Positions 1 to 14,287 of a stretch of 64,000 bases of DNA are shown one piece after another (positions within the stretch are counted from its first letter, which is position 1; each line of letters opens with the position of its first letter). A program made the translations under genes and the position numbers. Below the pieces are notes generated by a model, which did not search any database, was not told the DNA's origin, and saw only the letters and a list, made by a program, of their open reading frames with translations. Source of the DNA: the human T2T-CHM13v2.0 reference genome, Homo sapiens. The stretch spans positions 36,800,001 through 36,864,000 of the forward strand of contig CP068257.2 of the NCBI GenBank assembly GCA_009914755.4, read 5' to 3'.

Positions 1-920
1 TAAGTCAATTGGGTATAAGCCCATCAGTAGTTTAGTTCACACGGCACCTCAAATCCTTTGCAGAATATCCACATTTAAGTAAGTATATACATGCATTTGA
101 GAATACAATATGAAACAAAATAAAGTATGATAACAAAATAATTGGTAAGATGTCATAAGAGGAGTGATTAATTTGCCAGAGGATCAAGCATGGCTCCCTT
201 GACAGGGCAGATTTTGAAGATGTCTGGAAGAATGAGCAAGAGCATTCCAGAGAGGGAACCGCAGGGACAAGGACACCGGGTGGTGAAAATGCAGCGCGTG
301 AGTTGGGGATGTGGCAGAGGAAAACGGCAGAGGCTGCAAAGGGCTTTCGAAATCACATCATCGTGGGTATAAATGAAGCTGTTCTTGATTCGTCCTGTCA
401 TAGCAATCTCCATTCCTCACATGCTCTGAAATACTGGTCTGAGTCATTCATTTGAGCTCTCAATCACACCTTCTCCTGTCTGTCAAAAACTACTTACCCC
501 ACATGGGTGGGTCTTAGCTACTTCTGACAGCCTTCGGTCATCTCCTCAGTGATTAAGAGTAATGGGAACTCCATGAACACTTTCTAACGGAATAGAAAGG
601 TCCTAGCACAGGGGTCTGAGTAAGACACAAGTCATGTAGCTTCAGCCACACGTGTTTGGTGGGCAAGAAAAGGTGATTTTAAATCTCATTAGAGCTTTTA
701 TTCACGGTGAATGGAACACAGTAAGAGTTTAATGAATGAATTAATAATGAAGAAAGTGAAGAGATACAGTGAAGAGAAGAATGTGGCTACTCTTATCTCT
801 GAGATTACTGATTATTGCAAGGGTCTATGCTGAAAGTGAATTATTTTAAAAATAGAAGCAGAGGCATTTGAAAAACTCAACACTTTAGCACCTATTTTAA
901 GGAATTAAAACAGAAAAAGA

Positions 921-1265
<345 letters not shown>

Positions 1266-1646
1266 CTATAAGCTGCTAAAGCGAGAGGTCCTATTGCATT
1301 TTGGTCAGCATTTTGCAACTTTTAAGAAGTGAATGGAGCCTGTGCCTTCCTCTTTGTTAGCCACTTGGTTAGCACATCTCCATGTTCACAGCCAACACCT
1401 AAAGAGTAACAGTAACTACTGCAATGAGTGATTCTTCATTTTTTTTTGGAATGTTAATGTGATACTGTTAATCATTTCTATCTTTCCTTTTTGTCTACTT
1501 GCCTTTTCTAAAAGTGATAAACCATATCTTTATTAAAAATAATTCAAGTCTATTAAAGTAAAATTTATATCTTCTATCTAGATTAGAACTTTTCAACCTT
1601 ATTGTACATGAAAATTACATACACAATAAGCATGTTAATAATGTAA

Positions 1647-1988
<342 letters not shown>

Positions 1989-2070
1989 GGAAATGTGTAT
2001 TTTTAATCATAAATTTTCCAGATAATCTTGATACAAGTGGTTCTGACCATACTTTGAAAAACACTTTCTA

Positions 2071-2396
<326 letters not shown>

Positions 2397-3713
2397 ACTT
2401 TCTAGTCAACCTCCAAATTAAGCTCGGCCAAAAAAGAGCCATATAACCAGCATGGGGGATGTCACACTTGTCAGGCCCCTCTTATTACAACTGGTTTCAC
2501 TGAATGACACTTGGGTTTACGACAGTGTAAGAGACTGCCCTGCCCTATGAGAGATCCTCCTAGATTTACAGATACTCGCACCAAATACATAGATAAAAAC
2601 CAGAGATGGGAATTATGGCCTAACCAGTACCCTTTGGGAAGGCACAATCAACAGTCTTGCCAGAACAACAGGCACAAACCAGGGCTGCCCAGAATGCCTG
2701 GTGGCGCTACTGGTTGAACGCTTTGCTCATGACTCCCCTTATCTTCCTTAGGACAAACAGAGGAACACATCTTCCTCCAGACTCAGAATTAATAGCTGGA
2801 CCATCTTTTCACATTTGCTTTCTTTTTATCCTGTAGGCACTGAATTATCCCTTTCATACTGCCTGATGATACCTCGAAGCCAAATAACACCTACCTTTTG
2901 CAATTCTGCAATATTTAAATGTTGCAATTAAAAATACACATACACACACACACACGTGCGTGTAAACCTCACTCCTGGTTTTACTCTCTCTGTTCAATTT
3001 TTACTTTAGTCCATTCTCCACATTCCTTTATTTTTAAAAAGTGGATTCTACCGTGCTCTTTCATATGTATCTATGTGAGCTTTCTTAAATCTGTTCTGAA
3101 ATAGGAGGCAGTGTAAATATATCAAGTGACAGTCTACATTTATCCTTCAGGGACATTTTCTAGTTGACACTTTCTTATGGGCTTTTTTTTGACACTTTTT
3201 TTATGGGCTTCTTTATTAACTCAAGATCATGAGTATCAAAACCAGGGTTGAGGGAATCGCTTCTCAAAAGTGGGTTCCAGGTACCAGAACCCAATCTGAA
3301 CACGGACAAAGCCCCCCAGCTCCTCTGTGGTTTTATCTCTCAGTCTCCGTACAGTACAAATTTTCTCATCAGTGTTTATTAGGGCCACTGCTATCTCTAG
3401 TGTGTAAACATCGGCATGTATTGATGATGGTACAAATGTTTAGGAATAACTGATGGTTTTTTTTTTTTTCACTCAGCTATCCGTGTGATTTGCATTAGTG
3501 CCAAGCAATGTCTCTAAGTAGTAAGGTCTATGTGAACCACTCAGGACCAGGTCTGGAGAATTCTTTTTGCACACATGGGGTACTCCGTGCCCCAAATCTG
3601 CCTTAGTGAGGTGCCTGGATACCATGGGGATGGATACAGCAGCTGGTACAGCTGCCTGAGGTCCTGCAACCTCATGGCCACATTGGAAAATTGTCCAGAT
3701 TGTGCAATGAAGC

Positions 3714-3745
3714 TGTGTGTGTGTGTGCGTGTGTGTGTGTGTGTT
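3714..3745. repeat. (TG)n microsatellite, interrupted
   Basis: A tgtgtgtgtgcgtgtgtgtgtgtgtg run. Confidence 0.9.
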
Positions 3746-5215
3746 CATCTCTGTGTGTGTATGAGCACACATACATGAAGCTTGACCAATAACTGAAAGA
3801 CTCACAACTTGCAAAATCAGCCACAACTAGCTCTCTTACAAACACTATTAACTGAATAACTGCCTACACTGGCGTGAAGCAACTGAAGGAGGGAAGAGCT
3901 GAAGAGAAGAGTACTTTGCTCCAAAGAAAGGAAACAGCCTTTACATCAAAGCTTACTATAAGCCAATTTGCAGAGCTATCCTTGCATCCATCCAGCTAAT
4001 ATTTGATGAGCAGCTACTATGTATAAAAAATCCTGGGTGCTCTGACTTCAGTTGATTCTCTGTTCTCTTCCCCACACAAATATCTCTCTTATTTTCTAAA
4101 TACTTTCCTTAGTGTAGAAAGACTCAAGTCTGGCCCTACTGAAAAGGATATTTATGACATCAAAGCATATTGATGGCCTCATGGAAATACAGCCTCACCA
4201 GTTAGAAGATGGTACCAGGCATTACCTCTTACATCTGTGATTCAATGTGGAACCAAGCAAGGAATCTTCAGTGCAGGCCCCCTCAGATGGATTCTCTCAT
4301 CTTTGAGATCTAAACACTTTGTTTTGTCTCCTTTGAAGAAATTACATTCTTAAGGAGGAGGGCAAAGGGTGAGATGGGTTAGGGGGCTTCCTTTGGGTGT
4401 CTACTTCACTTTGTTCATGCCCAGAGAGTGTCTGGGCAACACACCACTGCCCTCCTGCCTCTCCTCCAGGCACATCCTAGCCTTCGAGTTTTTCTTATGT
4501 GCCACACATCTGGAGTGGGCACCTGGGACATTTGTGTTTCTATTTTTCCCATCCAACAGGAACAGCCCCCTGTTCTGAGGCACAGCAGCAAGTGAGGCAG
4601 TCTCAGGCATTCAGGTGCATTGTCAAGATCAAACCAAATGCATGGCCTCTGTACCTGTCAACTGCCTTTCAGTAAATACAAAGGACGGTTTTCTCCCTTT
4701 CGTAATCTACCATCAGTGTCTCCTGTAAGTCTTAAAAAATGCTTTGAAATCAGGCACAACCCCAAAGGATGGTCCCTTTCACACCCCACTGCATCGAACC
4801 AGCTTTACGTGTTTGCTGAAAGTCACATGGTGACAGATCTAAGCTGAAACCTGGGATTCAAATCCAGGCCAGATGTTTTGCAAAGTACCCTGCACTCCTG
4901 AACTCTTCTGTCTAGAAGGTGACAGAAGCCCACTGGGCATGATCCAACTCAGGTAAAGGGAAAGTCACACCATGGAGGGAATCTAACCTGTTTGCCATCA
5001 CACTTCGCAGATATTAATTTAGGTGACCCCAGGAGCAAGGGAGAATTGAGTTTGTGCAGATTTCACCCATGCATGCCCTTGGCTACTTTGCCAACAAGGA
5101 GTAACTTGTACAGTGCAGCTCAGTGGTGAGGTGTCCGTTCATCCATTCTCCACCTCCCTTAATATTCACTGAGCACCTCCCACTTACCAGGCACTGCAAC
5201 TGGCCCTGGAGATAG

Positions 5216-5471
<256 letters not shown>

Positions 5472-6505
5472 TAATGGCAGAAGGGAATGAATGAAATCAA
5501 GAAAAATCAGGCCAACAGGAGACTGGCAGTCACAGGTGGAGACGAGAGCAATTCCAGACGGAAGTGCTCAGGACTGGCCTCCCTGAGGCCATGACATTGG
5601 CACGGATACTTGGTGAAGGAAAATGATATGGAACTACCTGGAATTAAGGGTTTCAGGCTGAGCTGACGCCAAATTCAAATCCCTGAGGCAGGACCGCAGG
5701 GTGACCAGATGGCTGAAACAAGTAACAGGAGGGAACCCACAGAAATTGCTGTAAGCAGCTGAGATTTAATCCAATGCCAACAGGCAGAGACTAAAGGAGT
5801 AAGGCAGACCTGCCTGAGTCCTAACTTGGCCTCTTATTAGCCTAATGCCCTTGGAAAAGTTGGTGGACCTCTCTGAACTTCATCTTCCTCATCAGGGAAA
5901 TCATGAGAAAGATGTCCATTTGCAAAGATTGGTTGAGATCACGTTTCTAAAGCATTTATCCAAATGCCTCCTGTAGGGTAAAGGTTCACTGACTGGTGAC
6001 TGTTGCTGTTGTTCTTATATTTCTGGCTTTAGGTAGCATGTATCCTCTGAGGAGCTTTAAGTCATTTTTTCTATTACCTTTAGTTTGGCTAAATAAATAA
6101 GTTCTTGTCACGTCTTTCAAGTTCAAGAGCTATTCCTTTGGGTTGGTTTTGAATTATGTTTGTGGTAAAGAGTTACTCTGGTTATTAGAATCTGTATTAC
6201 AGGCCAGTGATAGCTGGAATTTTAGATGCTTAAGGGAACACGTAAGACAGCCATATAATATATGGCTCCCACATGTTTATTTTTCCAGATAAGATAATTT
6301 TAAAAACAAACAAGTCTATCATCTATCATAAATAGTACCTCATGAAGGACAGGATATTTGGAACAATAATCTCCAAGAAGGGGCAATTCCTCCCTAGAAA
6401 GGTCACCTTTCATAGACATATACACACGTGTGCATATGTGTGTGCACACAAGCAAGGCTGCATGTTTGCCTGGACATCCTCTTTCTCTCTGTCTCTCTCC
6501 ATACG

Positions 6506-6507
<2 letters not shown>

Positions 6508-6541
<34 letters not shown>
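6508..6541. repeat. (TG)17 microsatellite
   Basis: A perfect TG run, about 290 bp 3' of exon 5 in the transcript sense. Confidence 0.95.
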
Positions 6542-6543
<2 letters not shown>

Positions 6544-6826
6544 TTTTCTCTATGTGGCAAAATAAAGAGCTGGGGCTACATACTGCTGTCTCACATATTT
6601 TTTAAATATTTGTATTTTTAAATACAGGTGTATTTTTCTTGCTTTGCTGTCGATCCGTGAACATGTCCTCATGCATAGACCTCTGCCAGCTCCCATTTAC
6701 AAGCCCTGCTCTGGACAAAGGAGATGTGATCAATGCCACAGGTGGGGGAGAAGAGCTCCCTGAGGCTCAGCCTAGCCTTGGGGAAGTTGCGATCTGCCGA
6801 GGGCAGTGAAGCTGTGGGCACCTGAC

Positions 6827-6978
6827 CTGCTGGCACGATAACTCTGCGCTCGTTCGTGGTCATGTTTGGGGGTGGCATGTGCTTCTCCTCCATGTAGCTG
6901 CCGTAGTTCATCCCAACGGTGTCTGGGCTGCCCACCATCTTCCCGCCTTTGGCCACACTGCATTCATCAGGAGAGTTC
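6827..6978 (-). CDS. ERG: ERG coding exon 5 (152 bp). It encodes (R)[50 protein letters not shown](D).
   Basis: The minus strand reads ttcttctcctccag|GAACTCTCCTGATGAATGCAG (AG at 6979-6980) and ends ...GTTATCGTGCCAGCAG|gtcaggtg (GT at 6825-6826). It joins exon 4 in phase (..NGSR NSPDE..). GC3 codon bias is strong. The 157-aa ORF in the supplied track (6669-7142) is this exon plus intronic read-through. Confidence 0.92.
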
Positions 6979-7122
6979 CTGGAGGAGAAGAAATATTCTT
7001 CCATTATAACAGCAATCAAAGAGCATGTCTCCATCGACTTCTCACAATACACAGAGAGAACCAAAGAAGGGCAAGGCGGAAGAGACTGGGGGAGAAAGGA
7101 CAAGTGTGAAAAGCCAAATACA

Positions 7123-7523
<401 letters not shown>

Positions 7524-7596
7524 TCAGTTTGATGAGGTCATGAGGGTAGAGTCCCACGATGGGATTAGTGCCCTTATTAGAAAAGAAAGAGACCAG

Positions 7597-7598
<2 letters not shown>

Positions 7599-7634
<36 letters not shown>
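7599..7634. repeat. (CT)18 microsatellite
   Basis: A perfect CT run. Confidence 0.95.
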
Positions 7635-7637
<3 letters not shown>

Positions 7638-8510
7638 ATGTAAGGGCAGAGCAAGAAGGTGGCCAGGCCATCTGCAACCCAAGGACAGAGACCTCACCAG
7701 AGACTGGCCCTGCTGGTGTCTGATTTTAGACTTCCAACCTCCAGAAGTATGCAAGCTCGAGTCCCATTGTTTCAGCCAGCCAGTCTGTGGGGCTCTGTGA
7801 AGGCAGCCTGCACAGGCTAGGACAGTGCCCATACTGGCTAGATGCACAGAACACGCACAAGGGAGGCGGAACTACCACCTGGCTTCTGTTTCTTAAGCAG
7901 CTCCTCCTGAAACTGTCATGTCAAAACTCCATCTGTGACAACTGATTGGGGACACTTGCAGGGAACAGTGAACTGCTCTTTGTTCTCGCGGTGTGACAGC
8001 AAACAGGCAGAGTAGACAGATGCTGTGGGGCGGCACCAGGGACACTCGCTGCTCAGTGAGGTTTATCCTGGAACGACGTTCCTTCTCAAAACCTCAGAAT
8101 GAAATCCTCCTGCTCAATTTCAAATCCCTGCAGCCAATCTTTACATATGGAGCTTTGAAGACTCACAGTGTTCCAGGCTTAGGTGTAGACAGGAAGGGCA
8201 GGGAAGGGTGAGGACTGACGCTAGGGGAGGCCTCATGGGGAGTGGACTCCAGCAGTCCTAGAGGACCCTTGGGAAAGGGATAGGGAAGGAACTGTGTGGA
8301 TGCAGAGAGGGGTCAGCTACTGACTACTGACCGTGGGCAACAGGTCACAGGGCTGCTGTTAGTAAGGCAGTCACTGTCATTTGGATAAAGTCAAACCTAC
8401 CTTTCTGGAAAAAGAAAAGGAAAACATTTTAAACAGTGAGTTGTGAAAGCTACAGGACATTGGTGAAATCGCATCTGATAGGGAAATGCTAAAAAGAAAA
8501 TCCAGCTTAG

Positions 8511-8867
<357 letters not shown>

Positions 8868-10057
8868 TTAAGCAGAAAACAGAAAATACATGTCAGTGCC
8901 TTCTTAGATGGTTAACACGTAGATGGTAAACCCAGGGTCACTGTAGCTGAGAAGTATTAATATTTAGGGTCTGTTGTCTAAGGCGGATTTCCAGAAATGC
9001 CTCTCAGGCTCTATCCAATGCATACATTTTTTTCATATTCCTTGGAATCTGGGAACCTTCGCTTTCTCTAGATTTTAGATTTCTATCCCAGTGTTTCTGG
9101 TTGTGGGATCCACGCCAATGAAGCCTCATTTATCTCCTCCACTTCTTGTTAGTTGGAGTTCTGCAGAGAACTTGGACAATCAAAAAACTATGGGCTTGGC
9201 ATGGATGTGAACTTCAAGTCTAAGGAGGTCAAAACCATCTGAGGCAGGAGCGCACTTTCTGAGTGGGGTGAGATGGAGAAGGTCATTCCACACCTGAAAG
9301 CCATAGCTGGGATGTGGACAGGAAGGGAAAGTGTTTGTTCAGCATGTGGGAACTTGAAAATATAGGTTTGTTCTCAGCATCACTTACAAATGTGTCTGAA
9401 GCCTATGGAGGGATCTTAGGTGTTGGCAGTGAAGAGGGTACACTGCCATCTGCGGATGGAGGTTACAGTCAGGGTCACGCAGGACTCAGGCCCTAACATG
9501 GGCCTGGAATGCACAGCCCTGCCTGATGGCATCCTCACAGCTGTGCTAACATGAAGGAAATTTTAAAATAATAATGGTCTGAGTTCCCATGAAGTAGATC
9601 CTGAATATTTCCACCGCTGCCTACACATGCATTATTTCCTCTTGATGCTATTTTTCCTGGCTTCACACATTTATCTCTAAAAGACCCATCCTAATATGAA
9701 AACACAGAGTGTCTTCACTTAGACTGAGTTTCCTATTCCTCTGGAAAATTCCATCAGTTGAGTAGAGTGTATATGTTTTGGTATATTTGTCTCAAGGAGA
9801 GAAGTTACCAGGGAAGAGAAGTTAGAGGGATTAGGTTCTTTAGGAAAAAGACTTTGCCCAGATGATGTGAGTAACTCAAGTAACAACTATAAAATCTAGA
9901 CAACCTTTGTTCAGATTCAATCATTCACTCATCCATTTAGACAGCTGTTATCAAGTGCCGGCCGTATACCAGGTCCCATCAATTCTTTCTTCTCCAACAA
10001 CGCAGTTAACAATTTGAAAAGTAAAAGATCAAAGAGATGTATAAAATTATAGAAACA

Positions 10058-10351
<294 letters not shown>

Positions 10352-10509
10352 AATTATAGAAACAGGGGACATTGAGGATTTTGAACCCTTCAGACCAACC
10401 CCTTTTTCATTTTCTTTTAGTTCTTTCTAGTTTAATTTTCATATCCGAGGACAAGAACTCTAGGCATAGATCACAAGAGTTTCTCTGTGACATTAAAGTA
10501 GATCCTTCA

Positions 10510-10604
10510 GGCTGGTTGCGGCAGCTCATGCCTGTAATCTCAGCACTTTGGGAGGCTGAGGCAGGCAGATCACTTGAGGCTAAGTGTTCGAGACCAGCCT
10601 GGCC
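10510..10604 (+). mobile_element. Alu left-monomer fragment, forming the head-to-head partner of the next Alu
   Basis: ggctggttgcggcagctcatgcctgtaatctcagcactttgggaggctgaggcaggcagatcacttgaggctaagtgttcgagaccagcctggcc. Confidence 0.85.
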
Positions 10605-10780
10605 TCCCAAGTAGCTGGCATTACAGGCGCCTGCCACCACGCCTGGCTGATTTTTGTATTTTTAGTAGAGACGGGGTTTCACCATGTTGGCCAGGCTGGT
10701 CTCGAACTCCTGACCTAAGGTGATCCTTCTGCCTTGGCTTCCCAAGGTGCTGGGATTACAGGCGTGAGCCACTTCACCCA
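10605..10780 (-). mobile_element. Alu fragment in inverted orientation that directly abuts the previous fragment with no spacer
   Basis: tcccaagtagctggcattacaggcgcctgccaccacgcctggctgatttttgtatttttagtagagacggggtttcaccatgttggccaggctggtctcgaactcctgacc...ggattacaggcgtgagccac. Confidence 0.88.
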
Positions 10781-11314
10781 GGTTTCTCTTGCAAATTTTA
10801 ACAGCAAAAGAGTAGCCTTAACATGTTTGGGATCTGTTTTGGAAGCTTAATAGTTATCAGTCTTCACCACAGCGAACTGTGTTGCTGGCATTGTCTCCAC
10901 TTTCCAGAGGTGTGAACTGAGTACTCAAAACACAAGGGGCTGGCTCCAGGAGTCACAGCCAGGAGGAGGTAGAATGAGACTTCAGTGCGGGTGGCCCGAA
11001 CTCTCCATCCCTGCTTCTTAACCCTGAACAGAATGACTCCACAAAGTAAAGGCAAGACAATGTCTTTTCAAAGGTAACTAGATCTTCATTTCAGGAAGGC
11101 ATCAGGGACTCCCTGACCCATACACTACTCTGGTTTAAGGTGTACACTAAAGCACTCATCCTGACATACTCTCCTACCCTGGGACTGTTCATTCCCTGAA
11201 AAGCATGTGCATGACACAAACAGGGCACATATACAAGATGCAAATAAGAAAGAGGAGTGATTCCTGGAGAAGAAAAGAATTTTCAGAGATATCTGCTTTA
11301 CTTAAGAAAAGGAC

Positions 11315-11626
11315 GCCAGGCACAGTGGCTCACGCATATAATCCCAGCATTTTGGGAGGCCAAGATAGGTGAATTGTTTTAGCTCAGGAGTTCAAGACCA
11401 GCCTGGACAACATGAAAAATGTGTTTACAAAAAATACAAAAATTAGTCGGGCATGGTGTGCACCTGTAGTCCCAGCTACTCAGGAGGCTCAGGTGGGAGG
11501 ATCACCTGAGCCTGGGGAGGTTGAGACTGCAGTGAGCTGAGATCATGCTACTGCACTGCAGCCTGGACAACAGAGCAAAACCGTGTCTCAAAAAAAAAAC
11601 AAAAGAGAGAAAAAAAGAAAAGGAAA
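11315..11626 (+). mobile_element. Alu SINE (older, AluJ/S-like)
   Basis: Starts gccaggcacagtggctcacgcatataatcccagcattttgggagg and has an A-rich tail. The approximate target-site duplication is aagaaaagga. Confidence 0.88.
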
Positions 11627-12295
11627 TTTTATCACAATTCAGAGAACTGAAAAGTGTTCATTTGAAAGTCTCACTATAAATACATTTCTAGCTCTGTGCC
11701 CAAGAAAAGATCCACACTGCACAAATGTGTGTCTTGATTACTCCACTGCAACCCCACCTTCACCAGGCATTCCGAGGCTCACACATCGCCGGGAAAAAGT
11801 TCCCGCAAACAGCTTGGTATGTCACCTGCACCAAGCGCTGCCCAGCATAGAGGACCACGTGTTCTCCATTCTCACATGATAAGGATTTGGACGTTCAATG
11901 CATTGTTTTATTGTGCACATGACAAAGAGTATGCTGTGCAGGGAATGAACAGTCCTGAAGTAGGACAGTGTGTCAGGATGAGTGCTGCAATGTACACTTT
12001 AAACCAGAGTAGTGTATGGGTCAGGGAGTCCCTGATGCCTTCCTGAAATGAAGACTAGTTACCTTTTAAACATACACATACTTTTAAACATACACATACT
12101 TGCATATGTGTGTTGCAGCAGTTCCTGAGAATATTCTCAGGCTATTCAGCAGGTGCCTGTCAAACAGATAATCATTTAGTAAATATTAAATGTATCTGTC
12201 TTTTTGTTTGGGGTGGAAATTTCTTTATTGCAAATAAGCGTGGTTCAAGATATTGCTCTCACAGACTCCTTTGAGGACAAACAAAAATCATTTTG

Positions 12296-13935
12296 TCTTT
12301 TTATTTAATTTAAATAGTTTTGGGGGAACAGGTGGTGTCTGGTTACACGAATAAGTTCTTTAGTGGTGATTTCTGAGATTTTGTTGCACCCATCACCCAA
12401 GCAGTAAACACTGTACCCAGTGTGCAATCTTTTCTCCCTCACCCACTCCCATGCTTCCCCCAGAGTCCCCAAAGTCCACTGTATCATTCTTATGCTTTTG
12501 TGTCCTCATAGCTTAGCTTCTAGTTATAAGTGAGAACACACAATATTTGGTTTTCCATTCCTGAGTTACTTCGGTTAGAATAATGGTCTCCAACTCCATC
12601 CAAGTTGCTGCAAATGCCATTTTCTTCCTTTTCATGGGTGCATAGTATTCCATGGTGTGTGTGTGTATATACACACACGCATATATACACATATACCCAC
12701 ACATATACATATGTATATATGTACATATACACATATATGTATATCTACATATGCACACATATACATATATAATATGTACACATATACATATATATGTACA
12801 CATATACACATGTACATGCGCACATATAAACATGTGTGTATACATGTATACACGTGTACACATGTACATATACACATATGTGTATATACATGTATACACA
12901 TGTACATATATACATATGTGTATATACATGTATACACATGTACATATATACATATGTGTATATATACATGTATACACATGTACATATATACATATGTGTA
13001 TATATACATGTATACACATGTACATATATACATATGTGTATATATACATGTATACACATGTACATATATACATATGTGTATATATACATATATACACATG
13101 TACATATATACATATATGTGTATATATGTATATATGTGTGTATACATGTATATGTGTGTGCATATATGTCTATATATATGTGTGTATATATATATACACA
13201 CACACACACACACCACATTTTCTTTATCCACTCATTGGTTGATGGGCATTTAGGCTGGTTCCACATTTTTGCAATTGCGAATTGTGCTGCTATAAACATG
13301 CATGCGCAAGTGTCTTTTTCATTTCCTCTGGGTAGATAACCAGTGGTGGGATTGCTGGATCAAATGGTAGTTTTACTTCTAATTTTCCATACTGTTTTCC
13401 ACAGTGGTTGTACTAGTTCCATAGTGGTTGTACTAGTTTCCATGCTGTTTTCCATAGTGGTTGTACTAGTTTACATTCCCATTGGCAGTGTAAAAGTGTT
13501 CCCTTTTCACCATATCCATGCCAACATCTATTTTTTTTTTATTTTTAATGATGGCCATTCTTGCAGGAGTAAAATGGTATCACCCTGTGGTCTTGATTTG
13601 CATTTCCCTGATAACAAGTGATGTTGAGTGTTTTTTCATGTTTGTTGGCCATTTGTATTTCTTCTTTTGAGAATTGTCTATTCATGTCCTTAACCCATTT
13701 TTTGATGAAATTATTTATTTTTTTCTTGCTGATTTGTTTGAGTTGTCGATTCTGGATATTAGTCCTTTGTCAAATGCATAGTTTGCAAATATTTTCTTCC
13801 ACTCTGTGGGTTGTCTGTTTGCTGATTATTTCTTTTGCTGTGAAGAAAGTTTTTGGTTTAACTAAGTCCCATCTATTTATCTTTGTTTTTGTTGCATTTG
13901 CTTTTGGATTCTTGGTCATGAACTGTTATTCTCAA
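12296..13935 (-). mobile_element. L1 (LINE-1) 3'-terminal fragment, an older primate subfamily, antisense on the plus strand, and split by an expanded internal repeat
   Basis: The plus strand reads as the L1 antisense 3' end: ...ttataagtgagaacacacaatatttggttttccattcctgagtta...ccaagttgctgcaaatgccatttt...gcatagtattccatggtg. It resumes at 13211 with ccacattttctttatccactcattggttgatgggcatttaggctggttcc...tagtcctttgtcaaatgcatagtttgcaaatattttc. Confidence 0.85.
12655..13205. repeat. Complex (TG)n/(TA)n/(CA)n-based repeat of about 550 bp with higher-order ~40-bp units, expanded from the gtgtatatgtgc motif inside the L1
   Basis: The unit catgtatacacatgtacatatatacatatgtgtatatata recurs about 5 times at 12920-13100. 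It is flanked by L1 sequence on both sides, and the L1 breakpoint falls exactly at the catggtgt|atatgtgccacattttc motif. Confidence 0.85.
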
Positions 13936-14206
13936 ATTTACATTTTCAGTTCCAGGTTCTATTTGTCACCCACAGACATTAGTCTTGACAGTCCTATGCA
14001 ATATGTGGCATCAACAAGAGTAAACAGGAGCTGGGAAGACAGATACTTCCCTCTGCTCACAGCAGCAGAAATTCCACATTAGCCAGGGGGCCCCAAGAGG
14101 TGGGGGGCTGGTTCAGAATTCTGAGAAAGAACTGAACAATAGCCCAATGGCTGGGATATTAAAAAGCCAGCCATAACACCTCACAACTCCCTAGCAACAC
14201 CCTTGG

Positions 14207-14287
14207 GGCCACACAGCCTCAAACTCCTGAGCTCAAGCAATCCTCCTTGGTTCAGCCTCCCTATGAATAGCTGGGACTACAGGCCAC
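14207..14287 (-). mobile_element. Short Alu fragment (FRAM/FLAM-like or truncated)
   Basis: cctcaaactcctgagctcaagcaatcctccttggttcagcctccctatgaatagctgggactacagg. Confidence 0.7.

Noticed and set aside
12513-13339. A cluster of 167-216-aa ORFs on both strands (proteins of Y/I/C/V/H/T/M repeats)
   Set aside because: They are translations of the (TG/TA/CA)n complex microsatellite, which is stop-codon-poor by composition. They are not coding.
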